A stretch of DNA of 64,000 nucleotides from assembly GCA_965198115.1 (NCBI GenBank), contig OZ240241.1:544001-608000 (forward strand). The letters are read 5' to 3'. The stretch comes from Candidatus Latescibacterota bacterium (GTDB lineage Bacteria; Latescibacterota; UBA2968). Positions within the stretch are counted from its first letter, which is position 1; each line of letters starts with the position of its first letter. Under the pieces are notes generated by a model. The model did no database searches. It was given only the letters and a program-made list of their open reading frames with translations, and was not told the origin of the DNA. Positions 12,431 through 21,924 of the stretch are shown here, piece by piece. A program made the position numbers and the translations under genes.

Positions 12431-14389
12431 ATGCCTGAAGAGTCTACAACCGCCGACAAGTCGGTCCTGCCCACACCCGAAGAAGCCCTCAAGGCGCTCG
12501 ACGAGCTCGAGTACTCCGACACGGAGTTCGACGATCTCATGAGCCTCTATGAGGACACGATGACGAACATCCAACAGGGCGAGATCGTCGAGGGCACGGT
12601 TCTCAACATCGACGACGGCACCGTGGTGATCGACATCGGGTTCAAGTCCGAAGGTTCCGTCCCGATCGACGAGTTCACCAATCCCGAGGATATACAGCCG
12701 GGCCAGAAGGTCGAGGTGTTTTTAGAGACCGTCGAAGACCAGGAAGGTCAGATCGTTCTCTCCAAGACCAAGGCCGACTTCATGCGGGTCTGGGACCGCA
12801 TTAAAGAGGCCTACGACAGCAATCAGATGGTTGAGGGCCGGTTGGTGAGGCGCATCAAGGGTGGCATCGTCGTCGATCTGTTCGGTGTCGACGCGTTCCT
12901 GCCCGGATCTCAGATCGACATCAAGCAAGTCAAGAACTTCGACCAGTTCATCGGTGAGGTCTTCCCGTTCCGCATCATCAAGCTGAACAAGAACCGACGA
13001 AACATCGTTGTCTCTCGCCGAGTGGTTCTGGAGGAGGAGCGGGAGCGTCTCCGCAAGCAGATTCTGCAGACGCTCGAGGTCGGCCAGATTCGTAAAGGGT
13101 CCGTCAAGAACATCACCGACTTCGGCGGGTTCATCGATCTAGGTGGCCTCGATGGCCTCCTGCACATCACCGATATCTCCTGGGGCCGCGTGGGGCATCC
13201 GTCGGATGTGCTGTCGATCGGCGACGAAGTCGAAGTGAAGGTCCTGAACTACGACAAGGAGCGGGAGCGGATCTCCTTGGGCCTGAAGCAGCTGCAGCCG
13301 CACCCGTGGGAGAATGTGGGCGACGCCTACCCCAAGGGCGCGCGTGTCCAGGGCAAAGTTGTCAGTATCACAGACTACGGTGCCTTCGTCGAGCTGGAAG
13401 AAGGCGTAGAGGGTCTGGTTCACATTTCGGAGATGTCGTGGACCCAACACATACGGCATCCTTCCAAGCTTCTTACGATCGGCGACGAGGTCACGGTCGT
13501 GATTCTGAACGTGGATGCCGACGATCAGAAGATCTCCCTCGGCCTCAAGCAGGTGACACCCGATCCCTGGCTCACCCTCGACGAACAATACCCACCCGGC
13601 ACGAAGCTCAACGGGAAGGTGCGTAATCTCACGAACTTCGGCGCTTTTGTGGAAATCGAAGAAGGCATCGACGGTCTGGTCCATATCTCCGATATGTCCT
13701 GGACCAAGCGCGTGCGACATCCTAACGAGATCGTGAAAAAGGGCCAGGAGCTCGAAGTCGTCGTGATCAACATCGACAAAGAACGACGCAGGATCTCGCT
13801 CGGCCACAAACAGACGATCGAGAATCCGTGGGCTGGTCTGGCGGTGCAGTATGCGGTCGGTACGCAGACACACGGTAACGTATCCCGCCTGCTCGAACGC
13901 GGCGTGGTCGTCGACCTGGAAGGGGACGTCGAAGGATTTGTCCCGGCCTCGCAGCTGGGGGTGCCCAACCTGAAGAGGACCGATGAGCATTTCGAGGTGG
14001 GTGAGGCCATTCCGGCCAAAGTCGTCGAGTTCGACGAAGACCAAAAGAAGATCGTTCTGAGCGTCCAGGAGTATTTGCGCGACGCCGAGCAGGCCGAAAT
14101 CGACGCCTATCTCGGGTCACACAAGCAGCGTGAGGTCGATCCACGCGAAGCCGATCCGGACGAAGACGACTCGGATTTCTACGATCCGGACGGTGCGCCG
14201 TTGGAGGGTGAATCCGGTGGAGAGACAGAAGCTCCCGAGGAAGGGTCGACCGACGGGGCGCCCGCAGCAGAGGTGCCTGTAGCTGAGGCGCCCGCAGACG
14301 AGGCACCCGCAGAAGAAACGGTGTCCGCCGCCGACGACGTCCAGGCTGAAGAGGAAGCTTCAGAAGACGAACCTGCCGTCGAGGCCTGA
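12431..14389 (+). CDS. rpsA: 30S ribosomal protein S1 with long acidic C-terminal tail
   Basis: Six S1 repeats (DFGGFIDLGGLDGLLH, DYGAFVELEEGVEGLVH, NFGAFVEIEEGIDGLVH); GGAGG RBS before ATG 12431. Confidence 0.97.
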   Translation: MPEESTTADKSVLPTPEEALKALDELEYSDTEFDDLMSLYEDTMTNIQQGEIVEGTVLNIDDGTVVIDIGFKSEGSVPIDEFTNPEDIQPGQKVEVFLETVEDQEGQIVLSKTKADFMRVWDRIKEAYDSNQMVEGRLVRRIKGGIVVDLFGVDAFLPGSQIDIKQVKNFDQFIGEVFPFRIIKLNKNRRNIVVSRRVVLEEERERLRKQILQTLEVGQIRKGSVKNITDFGGFIDLGGLDGLLHITDISWGRVGHPSDVLSIGDEVEVKVLNYDKERERISLGLKQLQPHPWENVGDAYPKGARVQGKVVSITDYGAFVELEEGVEGLVHISEMSWTQHIRHPSKLLTIGDEVTVVILNVDADDQKISLGLKQVTPDPWLTLDEQYPPGTKLNGKVRNLTNFGAFVEIEEGIDGLVHISDMSWTKRVRHPNEIVKKGQELEVVVINIDKERRRISLGHKQTIENPWAGLAVQYAVGTQTHGNVSRLLERGVVVDLEGDVEGFVPASQLGVPNLKRTDEHFEVGEAIPAKVVEFDEDQKKIVLSVQEYLRDAEQAEIDAYLGSHKQREVDPREADPDEDDSDFYDPDGAPLEGESGGETEAPEEGSTDGAPAAEVPVAEAPADEAPAEETVSAADDVQAEEEASEDEPAVEA

Positions 14390-14414
14390 TCGGCCGTCGC
14401 AAACGATCGATCCA

Positions 14415-14456
14415 GAAGAGTTGGGGGTGCGTTCCGCTTCCAACTCTTCGTTTTTT
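14415..14456 (+). terminator. rho-independent terminator after rpsA
   Basis: GAAGAGTTGG...CCAACTCTTC stem followed by a T run. Confidence 0.75.
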
Positions 14457-14476
14457 AGACCCCGGTTTGGTGATCC

Positions 14477-15790
14477 GTGATTGAGATGAAAGACCCCAAG
14501 ACGGTTGCTTTCCACACGCTCGGTTGCAAGCTGAACGTCTACGATACGGAGTGGCACCGCGAGCAGTTCGTGGATGCAGGCTATGTCGAAGTGCCGTTCG
14601 GCGACAGGGCCGACGTGACGGTCGTGAACACATGCACGGTCACCGGACAGGGCGACGCACAATCGCGGCAGATGTTGCGTCGGGCGCATCGTGCTTCCCC
14701 CGAAGGGGTCGTGGTTGCCACCGGGTGCTACGCCCAGATGGATCCCGAGGCGCTATCCGACATGCCCGAAGTGGATATCGTCGTTGGGACGGCAGAGAAG
14801 ACCAGGCTGATCGATCTCGTCAACAGCACGTGCTCGCTGGGCCGGACTTTCGTCACGCGCAGTCGCACCGCCGATTTCCAGGACATGGACATCTACAATT
14901 TCGGGACGCGCGCCCGGGCGTTCGTGAAGATCCAGGAAGGCTGCGACGAGTTCTGCTCATTCTGTATCATCCCGTTTGCCCGGGGGCGGAGCCGAAGTCG
15001 CACCGTGGCGAGTACCGTCGAGCAGGTAAGGCGACTGGTCGACGCGGGCTACGCCGAGGTCGTGCTGACGGGTGTTCACATCGGCGATTTCAAAACCGGT
15101 GATGGATCGGAGTTGATCGACGTCCTGGAGTCGGTCGATCGCGTGCCGGGGTTGCATCGCTTCAGGGTCAGTTCGATCGAGGCGTCGTTCGTGACGGACG
15201 CGATGATCGACTTCTTCGCGACGTCGGAGCGATTTTGCCGCCACCTTCACATCCCGTTGCAGAGTGGCGACGACGAGGTTCTGGGAGCGATGCGAAGACC
15301 CTACCGATCTGGGGTCTACGCGGATCTTCTCGCGCGTCTTACCGACCGGATTCCGGATCTGGCCGTCGGGGCCGACGTGATGGTCGGGTTTCCGGGGGAG
15401 TCGGATGCGGCCTTCCGGCGAACACTCGACCTGGTTCAGCGAACTCCCCTGGTCTTCCTGCACGTCTTTCCTTATTCTCCCAGAGGAAACACCCCGGCCG
15501 CCCGCCTGTCGGATCAGATCCCGCCCCAGGTCAAAAAGGCGCGGGGCGCCGAGCTGCGTAAGCTCGGGAAGGCCAAGGCCGATGCCTATCAGCGACGGTT
15601 CCTGGGCCAGACCACTGGCGTGCTGTTCGAAAACCGACGCGATGCCACGACCGGCTATCTGCACGGCCTGACGGACACCTATATTCGGGTTTTCGCGCCG
15701 GGACCCGACTCGGCGCGCGATACGATTCAGTCTGTTCGACTCGAGTCCGTCGAAGCTGAGCGAATGATGGGCCGCATCGTCTCAGACTGA
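14477..15790 (+). CDS. mtaB: tRNA t6A37 methylthiotransferase MtaB
   Basis: TLGCKLN, VNTCTVT, KIQEGCDEFCSFC, EVVLTGVHIG. Confidence 0.9.
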   Translation: MIEMKDPKTVAFHTLGCKLNVYDTEWHREQFVDAGYVEVPFGDRADVTVVNTCTVTGQGDAQSRQMLRRAHRASPEGVVVATGCYAQMDPEALSDMPEVDIVVGTAEKTRLIDLVNSTCSLGRTFVTRSRTADFQDMDIYNFGTRARAFVKIQEGCDEFCSFCIIPFARGRSRSRTVASTVEQVRRLVDAGYAEVVLTGVHIGDFKTGDGSELIDVLESVDRVPGLHRFRVSSIEASFVTDAMIDFFATSERFCRHLHIPLQSGDDEVLGAMRRPYRSGVYADLLARLTDRIPDLAVGADVMVGFPGESDAAFRRTLDLVQRTPLVFLHVFPYSPRGNTPAARLSDQIPPQVKKARGAELRKLGKAKADAYQRRFLGQTTGVLFENRRDATTGYLHGLTDTYIRVFAPGPDSARDTIQSVRLESVEAERMMGRIVSD

Positions 15791-15876
15791 CGCGGATAAC
15801 CTTCCCTCTCGCACTACCGCTTCCGCTCGCGGAGGCCGTCTCCCCCGCACGGCAATCACACACTGGTAGAGGTGCT

Positions 15877-16326
15877 ATGGCGACCATTCGTCGAGCCGGC
15901 CCTGCAGACTTTCTGGCCGTTGCCCGGCTCGATCGTGAGGCGTGGACCGAAAGTCGCCACGCGACGTTCATTCCCGACGGAGAACACGCGTGGCGTCTGT
16001 GGGTCGAACACGCGATCGTGGTCGAGGTCGACGGTGAGGTGGTCGGTGCAGCTCTGGCGTTTCCGACCCAGTTGGATACGTATTGCCTTCACAAGATTTT
16101 CGTCGAACGCAGTCGGCGAGGTCAGGGGCTCGGGGGCGATCTGATGGCGGCGACCCTGAAGGAAGTCGAGGCGTTGGGGGTCGCGTGCTTTCTGACGGTG
16201 GACCCGGTCAACGAGGCGGCCATCACATTGTATGAGAACTGGGGGTTCACCGAGCGAACCTTCGTCGAGGGCTACTATCGACCCGAGGAAGATCGACTTG
16301 TGCTGACCAAACCCGCCCCGTCGTGA
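15877..16326 (+). CDS. GNAT family N-acetyltransferase
   Basis: RRGQGLG acetyl-CoA motif, NEAAITLYENWGF. Confidence 0.88.
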   Translation: MATIRRAGPADFLAVARLDREAWTESRHATFIPDGEHAWRLWVEHAIVVEVDGEVVGAALAFPTQLDTYCLHKIFVERSRRGQGLGGDLMAATLKEVEALGVACFLTVDPVNEAAITLYENWGFTERTFVEGYYRPEEDRLVLTKPAPS

Positions 16327-16335
16327 TCGAGGAGG

Positions 16336-16908
16336 ATGCGAATGGCCTTTCAACCGGAAACCTATGGATCCGCGTTCTCGAGTCTGCTGGCGGAAACGAG
16401 GACCAACTCGCTCGACGGCGGGGCTCCCAACACGAGTGTGCGGTCCGAACTCGATGCGCTCTCGGTCGATTCGGCCTTTGCCGGTCAGACGATTACGGAC
16501 GACGAGATGGCCGAATGTTGTGTGTCGGCGGTGTGGCTCTACCACAACTTCCTGGATGAATCGCACACGATCAGCCAGAATATCCACTCCACAAGCGGCA
16601 GCTACTGGCACGGGATCATGCATCGACGCGAACCCGATTTCTCGAATGCCAAGTACTGGTTTCGGAAGGTTGGAGACCACGAGGTTTTCGGTGCGGTGGC
16701 CGATGCCGCGAAGGCGGCTGCCACAGAAATGCCGGATGAAGCAGCCTTCCTTGCCGGGCAGCGTGCGTGGGATCCATATGCGTTCATCGATCTGTGTGAA
16801 TCCGCCCTTGCCGGACAGTCCGGCACAGACGCGCTCTGTCGCGACATTCAACAGCGGGAATTCGAGATCCTCTTCGATCACTGCTATCGGGAAACGATCG
16901 GAGGATGA
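16336..16908 (+). CDS. conserved hypothetical protein
   Basis: LDESHTISQ...YWHGIMHRREPDFSNAKYWF conserved-looking block; operonic position. Confidence 0.75.
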   Translation: MRMAFQPETYGSAFSSLLAETRTNSLDGGAPNTSVRSELDALSVDSAFAGQTITDDEMAECCVSAVWLYHNFLDESHTISQNIHSTSGSYWHGIMHRREPDFSNAKYWFRKVGDHEVFGAVADAAKAAATEMPDEAAFLAGQRAWDPYAFIDLCESALAGQSGTDALCRDIQQREFEILFDHCYRETIGG

Positions 16909-17735
16909 TTCTAGTCGTTCTGGGAACGGTGTGGGCAATCGTCGTGCCCGGCGCGGCGATTGCCGATCGGGGGGTCGATCTGTTCGTCGCGGGAGACGAC
17001 GTCGGCGCGCGTCGTGCGTTCGAGGCTCGTCTTGATGCTACGCCGGAGGATGCCGTCGCCCTCTATTACCTGGGCAGGTTGACGCCCGAGGATGGTTTGG
17101 CCGCCCGTCACTTCGAGAGGCTGCTCGAGGTCGCGCCTGATGATTCGCTGGCCGACGACGCGCGTCTCGCCCTGGCTGAGTCGGCCTACGCCAGTCCTCT
17201 GGGTCTGTTCAAGACCGCCCGTCGCCACTATCGACGTCTGATCGAGGACTATCCTCGCAGCGAACACCGCCACCTGGCGCTTTACCGTCTGGGGAAGACG
17301 TTCGTGGTGACCGGTGAGCCAGACTCGGCCTCCGTCTACTTTTCGCAGGTCTTGGAAGCGGGTGTTGGCGATCTACGCACGTTCGCGCGCTTCGGTGAGG
17401 CCGAGGCATTGCGCCAGGCAGGGAAGCAGGTCACACAGCCCGATGCCGATCCCGTGTATCCTTTCGCGAGCGGGCGTGCAGGTCCTTCGCCAATGGCGAC
17501 GAACGATGAGGGTTCCGCATACTGGATTCAGGCGGGCGCCTTTCGCCGCGAGGAGGGAGCTCGCGTGTTGGCGGAACGACTGCGTATCGCGAAACTGTCT
17601 GTCGAGCAGCACCGGAATAGCCGTGGTCTGATCGTGTTGCGTGTCGGACCCTTTCCCAGTCGCGAGGAGGCGGTGAGAATCGTCCGCCACCTCAAGGATG
17701 TCGAACACATCGATGCGATGGTGATCGCCCCGTAG
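16905..17735 (+). CDS. secreted TPR + SPOR domain protein
   Basis: Hydrophobic N-terminus, TPR helices, C-terminal YWIQAGAF...LRVGPFPSREEA SPOR signature. Confidence 0.82.
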   Translation: MILVVLGTVWAIVVPGAAIADRGVDLFVAGDDVGARRAFEARLDATPEDAVALYYLGRLTPEDGLAARHFERLLEVAPDDSLADDARLALAESAYASPLGLFKTARRHYRRLIEDYPRSEHRHLALYRLGKTFVVTGEPDSASVYFSQVLEAGVGDLRTFARFGEAEALRQAGKQVTQPDADPVYPFASGRAGPSPMATNDEGSAYWIQAGAFRREEGARVLAERLRIAKLSVEQHRNSRGLIVLRVGPFPSREEAVRIVRHLKDVEHIDAMVIAP

Positions 17736-17738
17736 CCC

Positions 17739-20396
17739 ATGTCCGCCGAACCCACACCGATGATGCAGCAGTATCAGAGTTTCAAACAGGCGCACCCCGA
17801 TGCCCTGTTGTTGTTCCGCATGGGGGATTTTTACGAGACGTTCTTCGAGGACGCCAAGGAAGCCTCGCGGTTGCTGGGGTTGACGCTCACTAGACGAAAC
17901 AACGGAAAGGCCGAGGATGTGCCTCTGGCCGGGTTGCCCTATCACGCGCTGGACACCTACCTGGCACGGCTTGTCAAGGCGGGCAGGAAGGTGGCGATCT
18001 GCGAGCAGATGGAGCCGCCGACGAAGGGGAAAAAGGTCGTTCGTCGCGAGGTGGTTCAGGTCGTGTCACCGGGAACCGTGCTCGCCGAGGACCTGCTCGA
18101 CCATCGGCGTAACAATCACCTGATTGCCGTCCACGTCGAAGGCGAGACCGTCGGCCTGGCTGTACTCGATCTGTCGACCGGAGCGTTCCGGGTGATGGAG
18201 CGGCCGACGGAGCGTCTTTGGGATCTGCTGGAGCAACTCGGAGCTGCCGAGGTTCTTGCCCCGGCTTCGTGGTGTGAGAACCGGGCAGCAGCCCTGTCGG
18301 AGCGACTTCCCGGCGTCCTGGTCACCCCCGCGGAGGACTGGACGTTCGGCGCGAACTACGCCCGGGAAAAGCTGCTCGCGCATTTCAAGACCCATTCGTT
18401 GGAAGGCTTCGGGTGCGAGGACCTGAATGTGGCCATCGGGTCGGCGGGTGCCGCCCTGGCCTACGTGAGCGAGAACCAGAAGGGTGCCGTGCCGCACATT
18501 ACCCGAATCGGGGTCGATCGTGCGGGCGCCCACGTCGTGCTCGATCGGGTGACGCAGCGAAACCTGGAGCTGACGGTCTCCGCGCGAGACGGCAGCCGAG
18601 AAGGCACGCTGATCTCGGTCGTGGATCGCACTCGCACGTCTCCGGGTGCCCGAACACTGCGATCGTGGTTGTTCAACCCGCTGACCGACGTGGAGGCGAT
18701 CCGGTCTCGACACGACGCGGTCGAAGAGCTGGTCACCGGGGATGGCCTGCGATCCGACCTGCGGGCTGCGCTTCAGGACGTTTCGGACCTCGAACGATTG
18801 ATGTCGCGCGTCTGCTGTGGGCGAGCGACACCACGGGATGCGGCCGTACTGGGCAAGTCCTGCGCGTGTTCGCCCGTCGTGCGTGCGGCTTTGGGTCCGG
18901 CGACCAGCGACCTGCTCGTGGCCGTTCGTGAAGAGGGGCTGCCCGATCTGGAGCCGTTGACGTCGCTGATCGCGTCGGCGCTGGTCGATGAGCCACCCCT
19001 GCAGATCGCGGAGGGTGGGGTGATTCGTGAGGGATACGACGCGCGTCTCGATACGCTTCGCGAGGCCGCTTCGGGGGGCCGCAGCTGGGTCGCCAGACTT
19101 CAGAATCAGGAACGCGAGTCGACGGGTATTCCCTCTCTCAAGGTCGGATTCAACCGTGCCTTCGGCTATTACATCGAAGTCACTAAGGCCAACATCGCCC
19201 GTGTGCCTGCCACCTACGAACGCAAGCAGACGCTCGTGAATGCCGAACGCTTCGTGACACAGGATCTCAAGGAATGGGAAGCCAAGATCCTCGGCGCGGA
19301 CGAGCAGTCGAAGGCGTTGGAGCGTAAGCTGTTCCACGAGCTGCGGGAAACGGTGGCCGGCTACGTAGCGGGTGTGCAGGAGACGGCCCGCGCTCTGGCG
19401 ACGGTCGACGTGCTGGCGAGTCTGGCCGACGTAGCCGTGGACGCCGACTACGTGCGCCCGGAGGTCGACGAGGGCGCGGCCATCGACATCGAGGGCGGCC
19501 GGCACCCCGTCGTGGAGGATCTTCTGCCTGCCGGTGCCTTCGTGGCCAACGACGTGTGTGTCGACGGCGACCGGGACCAGATTCTGATCATCACCGGGCC
19601 GAACATGGCGGGCAAGTCGACGATCCTGCGTCAGGTCGGGTTGATCGTCTTGCTTGCCCAAGCAGGGTCTTTCGTGCCAGCGCGGGGCGCACGCATCGGC
19701 GTGACCGACAGGATTTTCACGCGCGTGGGTGCCTCCGACAACCTGGCCCGCGGCGAGAGTACCTTTCTCGTGGAGATGAACGAAGCCGCGAACATTTTGA
19801 ACAACGCCACACCGCGAAGTCTCGTCCTGCTGGACGAAATCGGGCGCGGAACGAGTACGTTCGACGGGCTCAGCATCGCGTGGGCGATGACAGAGCATCT
19901 CCACAATACCTCGATTAGGCCACGGGCCCTGTTCGCCACGCACTATCACGAGTTGACCGAGCTGGAGGAGATGCTCCCACGTGTACGGAACTTCAGCGTG
20001 TCGGTCCGTGAGCGTGCGGGCGAGGTCGTCTTTCTGCATACGCTCGTGCCAGGCGGCTGTGACCACAGCTACGGCATCGAGGTGGCGCGACTGGCCGGCA
20101 TGCCGGCCGAGCTGATCGATCGAGCAAAGACGATTCTCGCGCGTCTTGCCCAGAACGATCTGTCGATGTCGGGTTCGGTGGTGCGTCGATCGCGGAAGGT
20201 GAAGGAGGATGAGAGTCAGTTCACGTTGTTCGGCAGCGACACGCACGCTGATCCGCACCCGGTGCTTGCGGCGTTGAAGGATCTGGATGTGGACGGAATG
20301 ACGCCCGTCGAGGCTATTGTGAAGTTGGCGGAGTTGAAGCGAGAGGCCGAGTCGGCGGGCGCAAACGGAGCGACCAGGGGACAGCAGATCGGGTAG
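17739..20396 (+). CDS. mutS: DNA mismatch repair protein MutS
   Basis: TPMMQQY, FRMGDFYE, TGPNMAGKST, DEIGRGTST, HSYGIEVARLAG. Confidence 0.98.
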   Translation: MSAEPTPMMQQYQSFKQAHPDALLLFRMGDFYETFFEDAKEASRLLGLTLTRRNNGKAEDVPLAGLPYHALDTYLARLVKAGRKVAICEQMEPPTKGKKVVRREVVQVVSPGTVLAEDLLDHRRNNHLIAVHVEGETVGLAVLDLSTGAFRVMERPTERLWDLLEQLGAAEVLAPASWCENRAAALSERLPGVLVTPAEDWTFGANYAREKLLAHFKTHSLEGFGCEDLNVAIGSAGAALAYVSENQKGAVPHITRIGVDRAGAHVVLDRVTQRNLELTVSARDGSREGTLISVVDRTRTSPGARTLRSWLFNPLTDVEAIRSRHDAVEELVTGDGLRSDLRAALQDVSDLERLMSRVCCGRATPRDAAVLGKSCACSPVVRAALGPATSDLLVAVREEGLPDLEPLTSLIASALVDEPPLQIAEGGVIREGYDARLDTLREAASGGRSWVARLQNQERESTGIPSLKVGFNRAFGYYIEVTKANIARVPATYERKQTLVNAERFVTQDLKEWEAKILGADEQSKALERKLFHELRETVAGYVAGVQETARALATVDVLASLADVAVDADYVRPEVDEGAAIDIEGGRHPVVEDLLPAGAFVANDVCVDGDRDQILIITGPNMAGKSTILRQVGLIVLLAQAGSFVPARGARIGVTDRIFTRVGASDNLARGESTFLVEMNEAANILNNATPRSLVLLDEIGRGTSTFDGLSIAWAMTEHLHNTSIRPRALFATHYHELTELEEMLPRVRNFSVSVRERAGEVVFLHTLVPGGCDHSYGIEVARLAGMPAELIDRAKTILARLAQNDLSMSGSVVRRSRKVKEDESQFTLFGSDTHADPHPVLAALKDLDVDGMTPVEAIVKLAELKREAESAGANGATRGQQIG

Positions 20397-20426
20397 ACAC
20401 GCTCTCGATCGTCAGTTTAAAAAGGC

Positions 20427-20463
20427 AAAGAGGCCCCTGCATCGGGCAGGGCCTCTTTTTTTT
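20427..20463. terminator. terminator hairpin between convergent mutS and the RelA/SpoT gene
   Basis: AAAGAGGCCCCTGC-ATCGG-GCAGGGCCTCTTT followed by a T run; A run on the other side. Confidence 0.8.
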
Positions 20464-20464
20464 G

Positions 20465-21884
20465 GGCTATATCCAGATCTCTCAACGAGCTGAAGTGGGT
20501 GAAGGTGCCGTGGTTCCTGGCATGGGGGCGCGGTTAGCGTGTGCGGAACCTCTTCGGAATCTGCTCAGGGATGTTTATGTCTCCGACGGTAAGGAAGATC
20601 ATATCGTTGAATGCGTCGAGTGTGCGGAATCCGCTGGCTCGGTTCTTGACGATTTGGACGATTCGGTTGAGGCCTTCGGCGATGGCGTTGGTAAGACGCG
20701 TGTTCACGAATGCGAGGACGCCGAAGAAGTGCTGTCGCAGGGTCCTGACGAACTTTCGCAGGGGTTCACGTCGACTTCTGAGTGCGGACGTCGTCCAGCA
20801 TTTCAGGAAGCGTTCGGCAGCCCAGGGCGCTTTGTATTCCCAGAACTGCTCGAACTCGTCCTTGAGTCTCCAGGCTCTATAGATTCGGTAGTTCGCCTTC
20901 TCCAGTGCTTTGAGTGTCCGAGTATCCCCTCTGGAGCGTGTCGCTGAGTGCCGGTAGAGGAGCCATCGGAGGCCCTTCATGGCTTTGCGCTCATCCGGGG
21001 CAGCTTTACGCCACTGGTCCTTACGGACCTCGTCAACGGCGGCATTGAGAGCCTTGACGATGTGAAAGCGATCGAGGACCAGCTTGGCATTCGGACAGTG
21101 TTCCTGGATGGCTCCGATGTAAGCTTCGCTCATGTCGCAGCAGGCCCACTCGATCTTGGATCTCTGGTAGGGACTGAGAGCCTCTGTGAAGAACCGATCG
21201 ATCGTTTTACGCGCCCTGCCGCGGCCAACCCACACCACGCAGGAGCGGTCCAGATCGTAAACGAGCGTGGCGTACCTGTGACGCTTGGCGTAGGAGATCT
21301 CGTCGATCCCGATGGTTTTGAGCCCTCGGATACGATGACCTTCACGAAGCCGCGTGATGGATCGGTGAAGGAGATCCGACAGCGTCGAGGCAGAGATGCG
21401 CAGTAACTCGGACGCCGCCTTCTGCGTCATGGTCTGGCAGTAGCGCAGCATGGCATACTCGAAGCGATACGTCACCCGAGAGAACCGCTCCGCCCACGGA
21501 ATCTCCTCGACCACACGACCGTGGGTAGGACACCGAATCTCCCGAGGATGGTAGAGAAGCCAGACCCTCCACCCGCACACCGGAATGTCACGCCACCGAC
21601 GCGGATGGGGCATTGTGCGGACGATTTTACCTCGACGGCCGCACTCCGGACAACAACAACCATTCTTATGTGGCTTTACGGCGATGACGAAACAGCTTCT
21701 CCCCTCAAACCACCAGCTGACAACACGGAACCCCTTGAATCTCAGCAGTTTCGATAGTAATCTGCTCCCGGTCATAGGTCGCACCCCCTTCGCTTTGATT
21801 GTCCTACACACACAACCAAGCGTAGGGAACGATCTATGACCTTGTCATTCTATAGTTTCACCGTTGAGAAACCCGGATAGAGCC
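20465..21884 (-). mobile_element. ISL3-family insertion sequence, copy 1 (1420 bp)
   Basis: Imperfect IRs GGCTATATCCAGATCTCTCAACG / CGTTGAGAAACCCGGATAGAGCC; TTTTTTTG on both flanks (right copy offset by one A); same length as copy 2. Confidence 0.93.
20534..21775 (-). CDS. ISL3-family transposase
   Basis: Zn-finger CPECG...CPTHG, IGIDE, CCDMS, DRFH, TNAIAEGLN. Confidence 0.93.
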   Translation of the reverse strand: MTGSRLLSKLLRFKGFRVVSWWFEGRSCFVIAVKPHKNGCCCPECGRRGKIVRTMPHPRRWRDIPVCGWRVWLLYHPREIRCPTHGRVVEEIPWAERFSRVTYRFEYAMLRYCQTMTQKAASELLRISASTLSDLLHRSITRLREGHRIRGLKTIGIDEISYAKRHRYATLVYDLDRSCVVWVGRGRARKTIDRFFTEALSPYQRSKIEWACCDMSEAYIGAIQEHCPNAKLVLDRFHIVKALNAAVDEVRKDQWRKAAPDERKAMKGLRWLLYRHSATRSRGDTRTLKALEKANYRIYRAWRLKDEFEQFWEYKAPWAAERFLKCWTTSALRSRREPLRKFVRTLRQHFFGVLAFVNTRLTNAIAEGLNRIVQIVKNRASGFRTLDAFNDMIFLTVGDINIPEQIPKRFRTR

Positions 21885-21924
21885 ATTTTTTTGTGGTAAA
21901 ACCGTGGGCGCGTTCTGACGCGCC

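Noticed and set aside
14255-14330. 15-nt repeats at the end of rpsA
   Set aside because: They encode the low-complexity APAxE acidic tail; an ordinary disordered extension
18066-20258. Long antisense or alternate-frame ORFs (e.g. 730 aa opposite mutS, 523 aa opposite accC, 508 aa opposite efp)
   Set aside because: Shadow ORFs expected in high-GC coding DNA; no recognisable motifs
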